NCBI GenBank assembly: GCA_010015585.1
Contig: ML975150.1
Source of the DNA: Eremomyces bilateralis CBS 781.70
Lineage: Eukaryota
Length of the DNA stretch: 64,000 nt
Strand: one strand, 5' to 3'
Below the pieces are notes generated by a model. It was given only the letters and a program-made list of their open reading frames with translations. It ran no database searches and was not told the DNA's origin. The translations under genes were made by a program, and so were the position numbers. Of the stretch, positions 61,143 to 64,000 are shown one piece after another (position 1 is the stretch's first letter; every line of letters begins with the position of its first letter).

Positions 61143-63685
61143 TCACTGCCCAGGCGTCCCCATGTTGTCACCGAAGACTCCTCCATCCAGATCCGTAAAA
61201 TCCGCCAGGGCGTCGCCCGCCGTGTTCAGTCCGTCGAACGTCTCAAAATCATCATTCGAGCCGTGGTTGTCGAACATCGCCGGCGTGTTGTTTTCCTGCG
61301 TCTCGACTTGTGTCGTGGACGTGAGTCCGGCAGCTGTTGGGGTGTCAACTTGGGCTGGGGCGGAGGTGTGGGCACTCAGTTCCGATGCTGTAGTCGCCGG
61401 AGCAGAAGCGTTGGTAGTAGCAGGGACGGAAGTATTCGTATCTTTAGTATCAGCGACTTGTTGGGCAGCTGCTGGGGAGGGCTCTTGCACAAGAACCCAG
61501 TCATCGTCTTTCTTTTCACTAGACTCGGCAGCCGTAGCAGCAAGAGCGGAAGCCCCTTCGCCCTCTAGGCCGGTCATGTCGACGTCGAGATCCATGTCGT
61601 TGAGGAGATGCATGCCGTCTTGCTCACCTTGGAGCGGGGTGCTTTCGTCACCGGAAGCTGACGGTTCGGCCTTCTGTTGCGGCTCGGTTGGAGTGGGCGC
61701 CGCACTTGCTTCTTGCTGTGCTGGGGCAGGTAGATGCGCCGGCGCCGTACTAGCGTTCGGGGTATCGGCAGCATCTGGTTGCGCTGCCACCTCAGCAGTT
61801 TGATAGGATCCGTTCTCCTGGTTGCCACTCGCATCCGGTGTAGATGTCATGAATTCGTCTAGCAAACCAGACGTGAGGTCGCCGCCGTCCATGGTCCCAT
61901 GGCCGATTGCATCATCCACCATGGAATCGCCAAGTGCGTCGCCCATTGTCTCATCAATTGCACGCGAATCGGCTCCGTCGAGACCAGTCTCACCGATGGC
62001 TTGCAGTTCAGATGTTCCCTTACTGCCGTTGAGCTCGGATTTAGACTCATACCGCATTTGCTCTTCTTCCAAGAGCCCGCCTTTTTGCAAGCATTTGACA
62101 GCACGCTTCTCCTCAATAGCCACGTCTAGTGACTCCTCCACTGCGCGAACCACATCATCGACTTTGTTTAGAGCCATTACACCGAATCCGCTGGCTGGAC
62201 TGGCTCCGACCGCCCCCGCCTCCTCCTCGTCATACATAGCATCGTCGAACATCTGCTTCAGTTGAGCTTCAGCATCCGCGAACTTGTGCGCCCTCTTCAT
62301 GTCCGCCACTCTCCTCGCATGCTTCTTGCGCAACTCTTCCATTTCCCGCTCACCCTGCTCGACGAACTTATCGACGCGCTTCTGCACCGAGTCCAGTTGT
62401 TCACGAGTGATCTTATTATAGGCAGGAATCGGTACAAGAGGGGCATCGTCAGCACTCAGATTGAGTTGATGGTTGTCCTTGACCCTGCTCTTATCCTTTT
62501 CCAGGGTTTGAGGACCGGGAGTAGCGGTGTTTAGGCCGTCGGTTATTTGCCGTAATTGTCCGCTGAGACCAAGACCAAGGTCGAGCGGCTGGATCTTCTC
62601 CGCCGCGAAAGTCGAGCTGAGGATTTCATCCATCCACACGTGATGTTGCTTGTATCGCAAAACACTGATCTCCTTGGGAGTCAAGTTGTCAAGAAGGTCG
62701 CCTTGGTGCGCCACGTGTTCGTCGTATAAAGCCGGATCTTGTTCAACCATTGCATTCACCGGGGCGGTTCCGCCTGGTAATTGTGCTGGTGGTTGTTGCC
62801 TTGCTCGTTTCGCCGGAGGTCCCGCCACCATCGGACCCTGTGCTTGCTGGTAGTACTGTGCAGCTGCTCTTGATGGACCTGCGGGCATCTGTTGCATCAT
62901 TTGATTGGGATACATGGGACCCGGAGGTACCATGCCCGGCCCCATTGCTGGGCCATGGACGAACTTCACGTCGGGCCAGTTCGCACGATCTTTGAACATG
63001 AATTCCTTCCGGACGAGATGGCCCTGTCGCTCGACCATGCGGCGTTCCTGTAGGATCGCGTTTGTGTGTGGTTGCATGGGAAGGTTCATGACCGGAATGT
63101 GGTGCTGAGGGTCGGATTGGGAATAATGGACGATCCAAAGGGACGGGTCTGGATCCGGGCCGGTCGTAGAAGGAGACTTTCCGACAAGTCGGTAGCGTTG
63201 ACGGCTGTGAGATGCGACGTTCTCACCCGGACGATACCCAAAGCGGTGAATCAGGACTTCCATCGTCTTTGTGCCATTAGCGGATGCCCCCAGCGATGAG
63301 AATGAATGGATGCTTACATAACCTCGTAGTTCCATCGAATATGTCTGTTCTTGATCGCCCCACACGTAGCCATCGCTGGCAAAACGGCTCCCCAGGCGCA
63401 TCTGCGGTTGCCAGGCAAGGAACATAGTTCCGTCCCCTGGAGGAGCAAGAAACGTCCATGCCACCGGTCGGATATCATTGATGATTGAAGGGGCCTTCAA
63501 CAAGTATTCGAAAACTTGGTCTTGAGTGATCGTCTGGTAGATAGGGAAGCTATATGCCGAAAGCAAATGGATATGGGGTAGCTAAACGATGGTTAACTTT
63601 CTCTTTCTCGTCGCGAGAGGGTGGGAGCAGGACTGCGCGGTGAACGTACCAGGCTCGCTGGAACCCTGAAACTTGGGTCTTGCAT
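61143..63685 (-). CDS. Ssr4-like / DUF1750 SWI/SNF-RSC-associated protein; 3 exons
   Basis: MQDPSFRVPASL | LPHIHLLSAYSF, YLLKAP, FASDGYVW, DPSLWIVHY, RKEFM..DR.NWP, GDLLDNLTPKEIS..RYKQHHVWMDEILSS; ATG at 63685. Confidence 0.88.
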
Positions 63686-64000
63686 TGTGACGGGTTCTGA
63701 AGAACAGTTTTGGGTATGATTTCCAATTCAGCGTCCTGCTGTCGAGGGTTGCGACAAAGTTGCGATGGGAGAGTCGCGTCCAAATGTCCCAGTTGAGGAA
63801 CTCAGAGCAGCGCGAAGCCGCGAACTAGATCGCCGAAGCACGTGACCACGCTCTAGTTGGCCTTGATGCCTTATCAGGCTCATTTAGATCGCTCCATGTC
63901 CCTCCATGTCACATCAAACTCCGGAATAGAGTCCACAGCACTGCTAACCTGATGATTGGCGGCTTGTACTGGCTTTGGTTACATTGGAACTACTGTGTAC

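Overview
Eukaryotic DNA from a filamentous ascomycete (Pezizomycotina; GT-AG introns of about 50-65 nt with CTRAC/CTAAC branch sites), so the ORF track shows exon fragments and many antisense shadow ORFs. I can support 21 protein-coding genes: glutaredoxin (partial), a 1916-aa intronless repeat-rich orphan with a C-terminal membrane anchor, a membrane-bound spermidine-synthase-like methyltransferase, a CCDC97-like protein, a small membrane protein, an EBP sterol isomerase-like protein, a GFA/Mss4 protein, an SDR, a GST, a DUF1772 protein, a GHSMGG hydrolase, a Mid2/Wsc-like membrane protein, a secreted Gly-rich repeat precursor, RPC34 head-to-head with PheRS alpha, a C2H2+Zn2Cys6 transcription factor, an acyltransferase-3, a second small membrane protein, a Gig1/DUF3605 protein, an MDR reductase, an SrkA/Rck2 kinase, a secreted tyrosinase and an Ssr4/DUF1750 protein. 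I found no transposase, rRNA, intact tRNA or CRISPR array. The best novelty candidates are (1) the modular Gly-rich secreted precursor with an internal Kex2-type site and a one-repeat micro-exon, (2) the giant repeat-built orphan protein, (3) two TTAA/CTAA-rich tracts in inverted orientation around a 5.8-kb segment, and (4) a secreted tyrosinase with a GC-AG intron and basic sites on both sides of its catalytic core. Family names come from motif recognition by eye, not database searches. I cannot claim a confirmed new biological system.
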